NCBI GenBank assembly: GCA_016618085.1
Contig: JABLTG010000002.1
Location: 310,001 to 374,000 of the forward strand
Direction: 5' to 3'
DNA: 64,000 nucleotides
From: Neovahlkampfia damariscottae
Taxonomy: Eukaryota
Shown here: piece after piece, positions 37,573 through 48,559 of the stretch
How positions within the stretch are numbered: position 1 is the stretch's first letter
Layout: every line of letters begins with the position of its first letter
Made by a program: the position numbers and the translations under genes
Notes under the pieces: model-generated
What the model saw: only the letters and a program-made list of their open reading frames with translations
What the model was told of the DNA's origin: nothing
The model's database searches: none

Positions 37573-38928
37573 ATGAAGGTTCTACTCCTGCTCTTACTTT
37601 TTGCTTTTGCTATTGCTTCAAATGAAATATCTCTTGGTAGAATCCACAGACAAAAACTTCAAGGAGGAACCTATTTCTTTGAATTAAAAGAAGACTTGAA
37701 ATCTGCTGATCAACTCCTCATTTCCATCACTGCTAAAATCACCTATGTTCCATGTAATGCTTATATTTCCCATGAAAGTCACTCAACTTCACCTGGACCT
37801 TCAAAATATCAATACAAAGTTGCGATGACCAGTGGATACAAAGTTCATACCATTAAACCGTCAACTGATGCTCCTTATAACAAAGGAAAGTATTATATCA
37901 CTGTCTATGATTATCAAAGTCGTTTTCATGAAATAATTTTTCTTGGAAAAGTGATTCAAAAAACACATGAAATTGATCATGCAAAGAAATTTACTTTCAA
38001 AGCAGGTGACAAGAACAATGCTGTCACAATTGTTAAAACATCATACAGAGCGTATAATTCAATGTCTATTAGAGCTTTCTTTGTTGAAACAAAGACTAAA
38101 AACCCTCCAAAAGATGCATTTATCAATGGAAAAAAAATTGAAGGTGGAAAACAAAAATTCTTCTTTGAATTTAACACATTTGGTAGTAGACATAATGCTG
38201 TTTTTGAAATTGAAGGAAATGAAATTTTTGAAGGTGAAATCAAAGTCACTTTTTCACATACTAGAATTTCAACAACAAGAGGAGGAGGGGATACGTTCTA
38301 CAAAGAAAAAAATGAATTACAGAACTACTTTTTGGACCGTAGAACTGATGAAAGTCATGAACAAATCTATGTTGAAAGAAATTCAAATAACAATGCTACA
38401 TTTTCATTTCTTGTCAATTACATTCCAAAAGAAGGTGAAATTCCATATGTATTCCCAACAAAAGATAAATATGAATACAAAAGCAAACAATACGTCAAAA
38501 ATGGTGTATTCTGGGGCTCATATCTCAGTGTTCCAAGAAAAGAAGGTCAAAACTTTGGTCTCTCTGTTGGATCAGAAAACAAAGGGTCTCCTTTCAAAAT
38601 TATGATGAAAAAAACACATCTTTCTGCAGGCGGTGAACTTGATGCGGTTTTTGTTGAGAAATCATATGAAACTCAAGTTTATGCATATCAAAGAAGAATG
38701 GTTGTTTATGCATTAACTGTTGAATTCTATGACAAAGTATCTGCTAAATTCAGTTATCAACACACAGGTTCAAATCAAGTTGTTGACATTGGTACATTCT
38801 CAGAAGATTTCACAAAGAATGTGACATTAACAAGAGGAGCTGTTCTTTACCCAACAATGAAATTTATCATCAAATCAGAAAAACCTAACTTCATCAGATT
38901 GTCATGGAAACTTCTTCAATGGGGATAA
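37573..38928 (+). CDS. Secreted beta-rich protein of unknown function (451 aa, intronless)
   Basis: Signal peptide MKVLLLLLLFAFAIA; long ORF; tandem paralog downstream. Confidence 0.85.
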   Translation: MKVLLLLLLFAFAIASNEISLGRIHRQKLQGGTYFFELKEDLKSADQLLISITAKITYVPCNAYISHESHSTSPGPSKYQYKVAMTSGYKVHTIKPSTDAPYNKGKYYITVYDYQSRFHEIIFLGKVIQKTHEIDHAKKFTFKAGDKNNAVTIVKTSYRAYNSMSIRAFFVETKTKNPPKDAFINGKKIEGGKQKFFFEFNTFGSRHNAVFEIEGNEIFEGEIKVTFSHTRISTTRGGGDTFYKEKNELQNYFLDRRTDESHEQIYVERNSNNNATFSFLVNYIPKEGEIPYVFPTKDKYEYKSKQYVKNGVFWGSYLSVPRKEGQNFGLSVGSENKGSPFKIMMKKTHLSAGGELDAVFVEKSYETQVYAYQRRMVVYALTVEFYDKVSAKFSYQHTGSNQVVDIGTFSEDFTKNVTLTRGAVLYPTMKFIIKSEKPNFIRLSWKLLQWG

Positions 38929-39422
38929 ATAAATCATTTATGCCAGAACTTTTTTTTTTCTTTTATTTCATGGATCGTTTCACAAACAAAAAGAATTGAA
39001 CAATGAAATCCATTTATTTGCACCATGGTAAAATGTCACATAAAGTTTCACAATACGTTGACAATGTTATTGTCAGGGGAACGAATTTTCAGAAAAAAGC
39101 ACCCACAACATCCACATAATATCAAGAATATTAGGAATAACGCTTCCAAATTGTTGGTTAAAAGAAAGAACCTGAGTGAAAAAAAAAGAAAAATGCTGTA
39201 AATCCATTTAGAACTAATTTCTGTTGAGTTTTCATTAACGCAATATTGACAAGAGTTTTTATTCTCCATCTTGGAAGACCATCAAACTTCATACAAGAAA
39301 ATATTTCCAATTGAGAATTTGTGATTCTGGGCTTCTAAAACCTACACCAATAGTATTGCAACAACTCCGAAGTGGAAGAGTTTTTCATTGGGTTGAGCAT
39401 ATCAAATATTAAACAAAAAAAC

Positions 39423-40644
39423 ATGAAGTTTTTGATGATATTAACATTTGTTGCAATTGCATTTGCAGCTGAAGAACTCAAACTCGGAAGACATAATGAA
39501 GTAAAAGGAGGAATGTACTACTTTGAGTTGAAAGAGGAACTTGACCAAGCAGTAGATAAATTATCAATTATCACAGTTGGTGCAGCAAAATATATCCCAT
39601 GAGAAATGTGGATATAAAGTTGTGACTGTCCTTCGAAAAACTGAAGCTCCTGCAAAAAAAGGTAGATTTTACATCAATATTGTTGGATATAACCCAAATG
39701 TACATACAATTCGTGTTCGTGCTGTTGCAGAACAAAAAACTCATGAAATTGCTCTTGGTGAAATATTTAAGTTCAAAGCTGGAAATAAGAATAATGCTAT
39801 CACTTATATCAAAACTTCATTAAGATTCTACGGTTTTCAATCAACCAGAACGTTCTTTGTGGAAACTAACATAAAGAACGCTCCTAGTGATGCCAAAATC
39901 AAAGGAAGAAAACTAGAAAACGGGAAACAAAAGTTCTACTTTGAATACAATACATTAAGTACAGGAAATGTAGTTTCTGTTCCTTTTGAAGGTTTTGAAA
40001 CATTTGAATGTGAAATCAAAATCATATTTTCTCATATCAGGTGGTCAGCAAGAAATGTAGAAGATACTTTCTCAGTCCAACAGATCAATTTCAACATTAC
40101 CTTTTAAATAGACACTCTGAAGATTCTTATGAAGATATATACATCAATTCAAAATCATCTGATTCCCAGCTTTCATCATTGGTTAATTTCATTGCACAAG
40201 ATGCTGATATACCTTTCAACTTTCCAACTTCCCAAAACTATGAATACAAATCTAAACAATATGTCAGAAATGGAGTATTTTGGGGTTCACATGTCAGAAT
40301 TCCAAAAAAACCAGGTCAAAATTTCGGGATTTCCATTAAATCAGAAAAAGAAGGAACAAGATATTGCCGTTTCATTAGCGGCTTATCAAAGAAGAACAGT
40401 TGTTTACACTTTAAAATGTGAGTACTTTGAACAAACTCCTGTTAAATTCAGTTATCAACTTTCAGGTAAAGTGATTGAGATCGGAACCTTCAACAATGAT
40501 TTTGAAAAGAATGTAACGATATCCAGAGGAGCTGTGCTATACCCAACTATTAGATTCATGATGAACGCTGAAAAACCAAAATTTCTCAGATTTTCTTGGA
40601 AAATCATTCAATGGGGACAAATAAAATTTGCTTTCCTTTTTTGA
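39423..40644 (+). pseudogene. Disrupted tandem paralog of 37573-38928
   Basis: Shares QKTHEI, FKAG.KNNA, GKQKF.FE, YEYKSKQYV.NGVFWGS, AYQRR, RGAVLYPT, QWG, spread over several frames with internal deletions at about 39600 and 40360. Confidence 0.85.
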
Positions 40645-40708
40645 AATGTTCCCAATTCTCCAATTCTCAAAACTCGGAACAAACCAAAAAGAAATTTTTT
40701 ATATACAA

Positions 40709-41899
40709 CTAACTGAAATGAAAATTAATGTCACATAATTTTCCTAAAATTTCATGTTGTACCAGTTTCAAATATATCCTGTCTCTAGCTATCAAAATAT
40801 CATAATCTGATCGTATTTTCTTGACAAATATATAATTTTTTGAATATTTTCTCACAGCTGTTAAACAGAATTTCTTGTTTCTTCTCAAAAACAAAGGAAA
40901 ATATTCAAAACATTTCGGATTTTCCAATAGAACCTCCATTTGAAAATCAACATCTGATCGGAAGTCTACTGATCGATATGCAAGTTCTGTTTGCCTGATA
41001 GCAATCAATACCGTTTCTTTATCTCTTTTGAATTTCTCTGGGGCATATTTTATTGATTCTCCATGTTGCAAAATTGCTGTTAAAACAATCTCTTTGTCAT
41101 ATTGGAATTTTGTTGGTACATGTTGTAACATTTTTCCAGATTTTTTTAGAGTCATCAATATTATTTCTTTTTCATGTCTAAGCTTTCTTGAAGCATAGTT
41201 GTAAGCTTCAGGATGTCTATTGATTGCTGCAGATACTATTTCGAAATCATTGTGGAAATACTTAGAGTATTGCAAGCTTCTGCCATCAAATTTAACTGCA
41301 GATAGTATGATTTCTTTATCTTTTAAATGCTTTTCCAACAAGTATTGAATGGAAAATCGATTTGAAGAGACAGCTATCATTGCAGTTTCTCTATCATTTT
41401 TCCATTTATTTGAGAGAACTGAATAAGCATGAAAGTGTATATTCGTATCTTTAACAGCCAATTTTATAAATTCTTCATCATCTTGAATCTCCTGACTTGC
41501 GTACTCTATTAAATAACCTGATTTTTCAAGCACATTTTTCATAATTTCTTTGTCTGAAAAAAATTTTTTTGGTGTGAAATGAATGACTTCTGGAGATATT
41601 TTTGATGCCTCTAAAATGAACTCTCTGTCTTCTAAATACTCTTTTGGGCAAAATTTCAAACTGTTTTTCTTTTTATAAATTTTCAAAACGAGTGTTTTTG
41701 AAAAATGAAAATTTTTTGGAATATGAGAATATAAAGATAAATTGTGGGACAATGCAGTAAAAATTATATCTTCATCCAGTTTTAATTCTTCAGGTAACCG
41801 TATATATAGGTTTGAATTTTTTGAAAGTTTTTCCAAAATCTCTTTTTTGTTTGATGGGTGAACGAAAGATGACTTTTTTATTTTATACGAATTGATCAT
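40709..41899 (-). CDS. DUF4116 repeat protein
   Basis: Repeats of DKEI(V/I)L.A(V/I)...G..L.Y.S..L. Confidence 0.88.
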   Translation of the reverse strand: MINSYKIKKSSFVHPSNKKEILEKLSKNSNLYIRLPEELKLDEDIIFTALSHNLSLYSHIPKNFHFSKTLVLKIYKKKNSLKFCPKEYLEDREFILEASKISPEVIHFTPKKFFSDKEIMKNVLEKSGYLIEYASQEIQDDEEFIKLAVKDTNIHFHAYSVLSNKWKNDRETAMIAVSSNRFSIQYLLEKHLKDKEIILSAVKFDGRSLQYSKYFHNDFEIVSAAINRHPEAYNYASRKLRHEKEIILMTLKKSGKMLQHVPTKFQYDKEIVLTAILQHGESIKYAPEKFKRDKETVLIAIRQTELAYRSVDFRSDVDFQMEVLLENPKCFEYFPLFLRRNKKFCLTAVRKYSKNYIFVKKIRSDYDILIARDRIYLKLVQHEILGKLCDINFHFS

Positions 41900-42286
41900 T
41901 TTTTTCACTGAAATTCCTTCTTTATGCTTTGGTGTGGAAATTAAATTTTTCGATCAAACAAATGTATGATTGGACAATAAAAGCTCTGAAACAACAAAAA
42001 AAAAAAATTTCTTTATACAAAAAATACCATCAATAGTTAAAATGTGGAAAATTTTGGATGCAATTAAGGGTTCATTCATCAATTGAATTTTGTGTTGTTA
42101 AACATCATAACAAGACAATATGACAAAGTAAATTACCACCCATTGGATAAACTTTCCTGTTTTCATTCAGATAAGAAGTGCTGATAGACCAAGTTCTAGT
42201 TATTAATGAAGTGCTAATAATAGACCAAATGTTGTTTTAAATGATTTCAATTTTTTCTAAAAATACATTCGTACAAACAAACCAAC

Positions 42287-43555
42287 ATGATCAAGCCAAT
42301 ATTATACGATGTTGAATTTGATTTCAGAAAAGCTACTGAATATCAAGTAAATTACACTTTAGATTTCCAGATTGATAAGAAAACCTCATGCATTGAACTT
42401 GATGGAAAACCTTCTTTCTTCAAAAGTATTTCATTTATAAAAACAAATGAAAAAGACATACTCTTCAAATACTCACATCGTACAAAGAAAAACCGAAATA
42501 AAATTGCAATAGAATTTCTTGAAGAAATTGCAGAAGGAAATTATCAACTTCATTTAGAGTATATTGGTGCTCCAACAGCAACTTGTGAGTCTGTTTTCTT
42601 GACTGAAAAGGATGAAATTATATACACTCAAATGGAGTCACATTTATGTAGTCGTGTTTTTCCTTGTTTGGATGATAATTGGAATAAGAATTTTTTCAAA
42701 TTTTCATTCATTATTCCATCTGAAAAGGACGTCATTTCAAACATGGAAATTGAGAAATCTAAAATGATAGACAATAATTTAAAAAGAATTGAGTTCAAAA
42801 AAACTCCAAAAATTCCAGCGTATGAAAACAATCAATATTAATTTTTTTTTCAAAAGGTATTTCAAATTTGTTCTAATTTCCTTGTTTCTAGGTATATTCT
42901 TGGATTTGCTATTGGAAAGTTTCAATATTCTAAAAAATATCGATATAAAAATAAACTGGATATTCAAATTTTCAGTGTTGATGAGAAAGCAAAAAATATT
43001 CAAAAGTTCTTGACTGAAAATGCCTTCAAATTGTTTGAAATATGTGAAGATAAATTTGATATAGATATCAAAGAGTTGGGAATTAACAAAATTGATTTCT
43101 TTATGGCTCCAGAATTCATTTGGGCTGCAATGGAGAACCATGGGATGATTGTGTTATCAGATGATCTATTTAGTTCACACAACACAAACGGATCATTGTG
43201 TCTAATGACACACGAAATTGTACATCATTGGATCGGCAATTATGTTTCTTTTCCGACTTGGATCAAAGAAGGAATCACTAGATATTACGAATATATTTTG
43301 ACAGCAAAAATAGTCAATAAAAAACCATCAAAATTTAGCGAAATTTTTGATGAAGTTTATAAAAAATCACCTAAAAAACCGATTGAAGAAAAATTTCAAT
43401 TGACATATGACTATTCAGAGACACTTCGTTGGTTTAGATTTTTAATTGATGAAATTGGAATTGAAACTTTTGAAAAGAATTTAAGGGTTATCATGAAGAA
43501 TTATGGAAATAAATTCATAACTGAAGAAGAATTTCTGACACAAATCAAAAACTAA
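42287..43555 (+). CDS. Short M1-family aminopeptidase-like protein (~398 aa)
   Basis: YTQME...SRVFPCLD; VISNM; TPKIPA|YILGFAIG after removing 42820-42891; AAMEN; HEIVH...WIKEG; no C-terminal ERAP1-like domain. Confidence 0.85.
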
Positions 43556-43750
43556 ACCTTCTTCCAATTGTTGTTCATTATTTTTTATTGTGTACCTCTT
43601 GATACATATCCCATTGAATAATTTAAGTTGTTTCTTTATATTTCTGATGAAGACAACCAAATTTGGATAGTTTTCTATTGCCAGAAAGTTCTCAAATGGA
43701 ATGTGAAGTCATCCAATGAAATCACTACATTTTTTTTCAAAGATCAACAA

Positions 43751-44779
43751 ATGAAAGGTGTGAAGTTAACAGCATACGGAGACAACTCAGTGTTGAAGTA
43801 TAGTGAAGATATAGAAATACCAAAGGTTCTGAAACCTGATGACGTCCTTATTCAAATTTATTCTGCGTCAATTAACCCAGTTGATTACAAAACAAGAAAT
43901 GGTGAAGTGAAAGCTCTATTTTCATATACTTTACCAGTAATAGCAGGTTATGATGCATCTGGAGTCGTTATTGAAGTTGGAAAAGAAGTCAAAAAATTTA
44001 AAAAAGGTGATGAAGTTTACACAGTTGGACAAACAGGTGCTTTTGCTGAGTATATTGTGGCACCAGAATGGGGTATAGCTTTAAAACCAACAAATTTGAC
44101 CCATAATGAAGCTGCTTCATTTCCTATGGTTGCTTTAACTACAATTCAATGTTTCGAAGATTTTAAACCACAAAAAGATTCAAAAGTGCTTATAACAGCA
44201 GGAGCTGGTGGAATTGGTTCTTTTGCACTTCAATATGCTAAAAACGTTTTGGGATGTGCTGAAATCGCAACAACAGCAAGTGAAAAAAAAACAGAAATTT
44301 GTAAAAAACTTGGGGCAACAAAAGTCATCAATTACAAAAAAGAGAAATTTGAAAGAGTACTCAAGGACTATGATTTTGCTCTTGACACTACAAAAGAAGT
44401 TGAAAAATGTTTCGGAATTTTGAAACCAAAAGGAATGGCAAGATCAATCTCTGGAATTCCAGATGGTTCAATTGTTGGAAAATTTCAAAACTTGGGATTG
44501 ACAGGACAATCAGTTTTACTTCCAACATTGTTGGATGTTCTTTCTTCAAAAACAAGATTCTGGGGATGGTATAATGATGTTGATTACAAATATGTTACAA
44601 TGTTACCAAGTGGAGATCAACTGTCATCTCTTACTAAATGGATTGAAGATGGGAAAATAAAACCTACTATTGACAGAAAATTTGATCTCAAAGATATTCT
44701 TGAAGCATATTCCTATTTAGAAAAAGGAAGTGCAACTGGAAAAGTTGTGATTCATATCAAAGATGAAGAAAAGAAATAA
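43751..44779 (+). CDS. NADPH:quinone oxidoreductase-like MDR (RTN4IP1-like)
   Basis: ASINPVDYK; GYDASGVV; GAFAEY; AGAGGIG; ATGKVV. Confidence 0.92.
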   Translation: MKGVKLTAYGDNSVLKYSEDIEIPKVLKPDDVLIQIYSASINPVDYKTRNGEVKALFSYTLPVIAGYDASGVVIEVGKEVKKFKKGDEVYTVGQTGAFAEYIVAPEWGIALKPTNLTHNEAASFPMVALTTIQCFEDFKPQKDSKVLITAGAGGIGSFALQYAKNVLGCAEIATTASEKKTEICKKLGATKVINYKKEKFERVLKDYDFALDTTKEVEKCFGILKPKGMARSISGIPDGSIVGKFQNLGLTGQSVLLPTLLDVLSSKTRFWGWYNDVDYKYVTMLPSGDQLSSLTKWIEDGKIKPTIDRKFDLKDILEAYSYLEKGSATGKVVIHIKDEEKK

Positions 44780-44798
44780 ACTCCAATTTTAAATGTTT

Positions 44799-46415
44799 CT
44801 ATTCGAAATTGAACTTAGTATCAACATATTTTGTTTCAACTTTGGAAAATAGCTTGACAAAATGTTTCAATGTGATTTCTTGCATAATAGAATCCTCATG
44901 AAAGAAATTTCCAAGAATTTCTATTAATCCATCTTCCCAATAAAAAATTGAGCGTATTCGTCTCGACATAGAAAAGTTGTGAAGAGACTTCATCTAAGAA
45001 AAATTATTTCATCAAGGTGATGCAATTTGAAAAATTCAAAAACCCTTTATACAATCGTTAAGAAAGTTGGAAAACGATATAAACTCAAAAATATCTCAAC
45101 TGGAAATGACATTAAACGTCTTTATCCACATTTTGAACTTATCAAACTTTATAGATGATTTTTTTAAACAATGGAAGTTAAAAATTTAACATTTTCTTTC
45201 AAAATTGACATGAATTTCAAAGCACAAGCAGCACATAAAACCTAATAGAATTAATAAAAAAATAAATCAAACTCGATGTGAAAAAATTAAAATATCTGAA
45301 AAAATTGCAATCGCCACATATCTCTCCATTCCTAAAATATGTTGAATATTAGGTAATATGATCTCTAATGCAAAAAATCTAGTGCATCCACGAAAAGTTC
45401 CATGAAGGCATAACAAAATGACAGAGAAAACAGCCTAAGAAAAATGGTAAAAAAAAAAGTTGTTAAATTTACAAGTTGATTGAAAGTTAATGAGTTATTT
45501 ACAATAGTTAATATTCCAATCAATACAAGAAGAACCCAAATAATCACTTCAAAAAAGGTTTCTAAAAGAGAAATGTTCAGAATTCCGAGTAATTCATTTT
45601 TTCTTTGATTTGTGATTCTTTCTTGAAAGTAACTGATAAAACTGAATCCATTGATTGAACCGACAAAAATTGTCTTTATAATGTTAGAATTGAACAATTT
45701 TTTTACAGTAAAAATGATTGAAAACACTCTTGAAATAATTTCCGAAATTGTCACTTCGGTTTGTAATTTTTCATCATCTCCGTATTCTTGTGAATTTTTG
45801 AAACTTAAAATACATAAAAGAACCTGATAAACGGTTGAGTATAGTTTTTTTCATCTTACAAATAATGAATAATGCATAAATTGAAATGAAATAAATTTGG
45901 AGAATGACAATTGTGGATTTTCAGAATAATAATATAAAACATAATTTCCAACTGTATTGGGTATCTCTACAACAAGTAAGGCTAAAATTCCATAAGACAA
46001 CTTTGTATCAAATCCATAAGAAAAATTAATAAAAAAATCTTACTGTGTAAAGTTTGTCAAAATTTCTTTGGTATGAGGCTGAAATTGTGTTTATTCCAAG
46101 TACTAACCATGCTATTGATATCAATCTGAAATTCATGTCAGTTTTTGTTTTATTTACCCATCTGGAAGTAAAATGAGTGAATCTGAAAGTTGAAGGTAGT
46201 ACTGTCTCCAATCGAGAGTTGATTGAAATTTTAAATGTTCTTTTAAACGAAATATATGTAAAAATAATGAGAAAATCGAATAAATCTAAAGGAATTAAAA
46301 AATTAGTTTTTACTGTGGCAATGAAAGAAAAAAGTTGAAGTAATCCTTTCCAGTAATAATATGATTGATTTTTTGTTGTTTTTTCTTCAGTCAATTGAAT
46401 GGTTTGTTCTTCCAT
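44799..46415 (-). CDS. Hypothetical multi-pass membrane protein (multi-exon; model uncertain)
   Basis: Hydrophobic minus-strand ORFs 46026-46457, 45365-45754 and 44799-44993 separated by short GT-AG introns; CCAATCA upstream of ATG 46415. Confidence 0.5.
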
Positions 46416-46633
46416 CACAAAACCAAAACTCACATAAACGTTAATAAATTTATCCAATCATTTTTATCGAATTCTTCCAAGTTGTAGATCATTTTAATTG
46501 TTATTTTTTCAAGAATTCGTCTGGAAATGGTTCACTCAATTCAACTTTTTTTAGCTTCACAACTGTCCAATGGAATTCACTTTCTTTTTCGGAAAATCAC
46601 AAAAAAATAGTGTGAGTTGATAATTTACAAATT

Positions 46634-48210
46634 TTATTTAAGTTCTTCTGTTAAATGATGAATTTTTTGATTTTCACTTGTTAAAGTTGATTCTGTTGAA
46701 ATTTGTGAGAAATTTTCTCTTTTCTCTCCAAGAGTTTCCGGTCCTACAACTTCTTTTTTTTCACAGACGAGTTTTGTGTCATTTGAATTTGTAGGTTCTA
46801 TTTTTATTGAAAGAGCTGCTTCTGATTTAGTTTCTGTGACAGTATTTTCAGTATGTGTTAAATCTGTTTGTGATTCTGTTGTAGGTGGAATTGAAAAAGT
46901 TACTTCATCTCCTGTATTAAGCATTTCCGAATCAACAGCAAATTCTTTGAAATTTTCCTCTTTTGAAATTTCAAATTCTTTCATGTCTTTGTTTTTCATA
47001 CTTTGTAAATATTTTTCTAAAACCAACATGTACTTGATTGAAACAAAAGTTGAAAACAAACCTAAGATGAAAACACCAGCAGCTCCAATCGCAATCAACC
47101 AAAGAGGTATAAAGAGTAAACTGAATATTGGTAACGATAGTTCTGATAACAAAAACCTTGAAAATCCTCTTGTAAATGCATGAATAGTGATGGAGAATAA
47201 TCCAAAAGCAAACTATGAAACTTTAAAAAAAAAAAAATTGTTTACCACTTGTGAACCAGTGGTGTTTTTTCTGAAAGCAGCAAACAAACCAAAAACACCA
47301 ACAACTAACCAAACGATTGAATCTGCGATATTTTCAAAAACAGAAAGGTTGTGAATGTGTGAATCACCATCTAAAGTTGAAACAGAAACATCAAGATAAA
47401 ATTTTTGAATTTGAAGAAAACCAAGACCACCAAAGCCGAATATTGAGAGAAATGCGATAACCTGTTGTTGTTTGATTAGTTTTTTTTTTTTCGTTTACTG
47501 TAACTGCTAATGCAACAATGGATTCTCCAATGGACCATAATTCAATACTTGACTGATAAATTGATGAAGTTTCTAAATTTTCTTCTTCAATTATTTCTCT
47601 GTATTCATTATCAACACTGACTGAATAAAAAAAAGCAAAACATCCAAAAAATGGCTAAAAATTGAAATTTAAAAAAAAAAAGAATATAATTACATAAATA
47701 AAAACTCCTGAACATCTAAGTATTATGGACACTATACTGAGCGTTTTTGGGTCAAGTTGTAATTTTTGTTGTTCCACAAATTCATACATGACAAATTTGA
47801 AAATCACTGTACCAACAAGCTCAATGAATTCCAGAGTTGATATAAAGATTATAGTATAAGCAAGCTATAAAAATAAAAAAAAAAGAAATCTTTTACAAAT
47901 TGATTCAATCTTCTTGAAACTGTACTTTTCATTGAAATGTAAATACCAAGACAAGCTAAAACAGCCCATACAAAATCTATTATCACTTGTGGTAAATATA
48001 TCAAAATACCAGTTGTCCAAAATGGTTGATCAATTATATCTCGAATATTTTTATATGAATGGAAACCAAAACCAAGTAAGGTATATAACTTTTAGAATTT
48101 TTCGTTATTTTGAAAAAGGTATTTACTAAAACTAATGTAGAACAACCTTTCAATAATTTCTTCCAACAATTTGGTTTAATTTTCTCAAGGACTTGTTTTG
48201 TTGTTTTCAT
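46634..48210 (-). CDS. Hypothetical multi-pass membrane protein with Ser/Thr/Glu-rich tail (multi-exon)
   Basis: Hydrophobic exons with many short introns; last exon ORF 46634-47152; TGATTGG about 27 nt upstream of ATG 48210. Confidence 0.55.
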
Positions 48211-48559
48211 TTAAATGTTGATTTGGAGATGTGTCCTGATTGGTTAATGGATGTGTCATTGAACGGATAAAAAATGGTTTTTGTAGTCAACAAAGTTATG
48301 ATGATTTAATGAAGTTTTGAAATGGTACAGTTGTTGCTTTTATCAAAAGGTAGTCCAACATGTGGGTGTTGAGTTTTTGACAGATTCACTAATTTTTCTT
48401 TAAATTCAAAACTTTTATTTTTGCAATTTAATGTGTCAACTTTAATTTGGATCCAAAAAGTGAATTTAGTATTTCACTTTTAGAAAGAACATTTTATTTT
48501 ATTGATTTTTTTGGTAGAGCTTTATCAAATTGACCAAAAACATGAATAAAAAATTTTCT

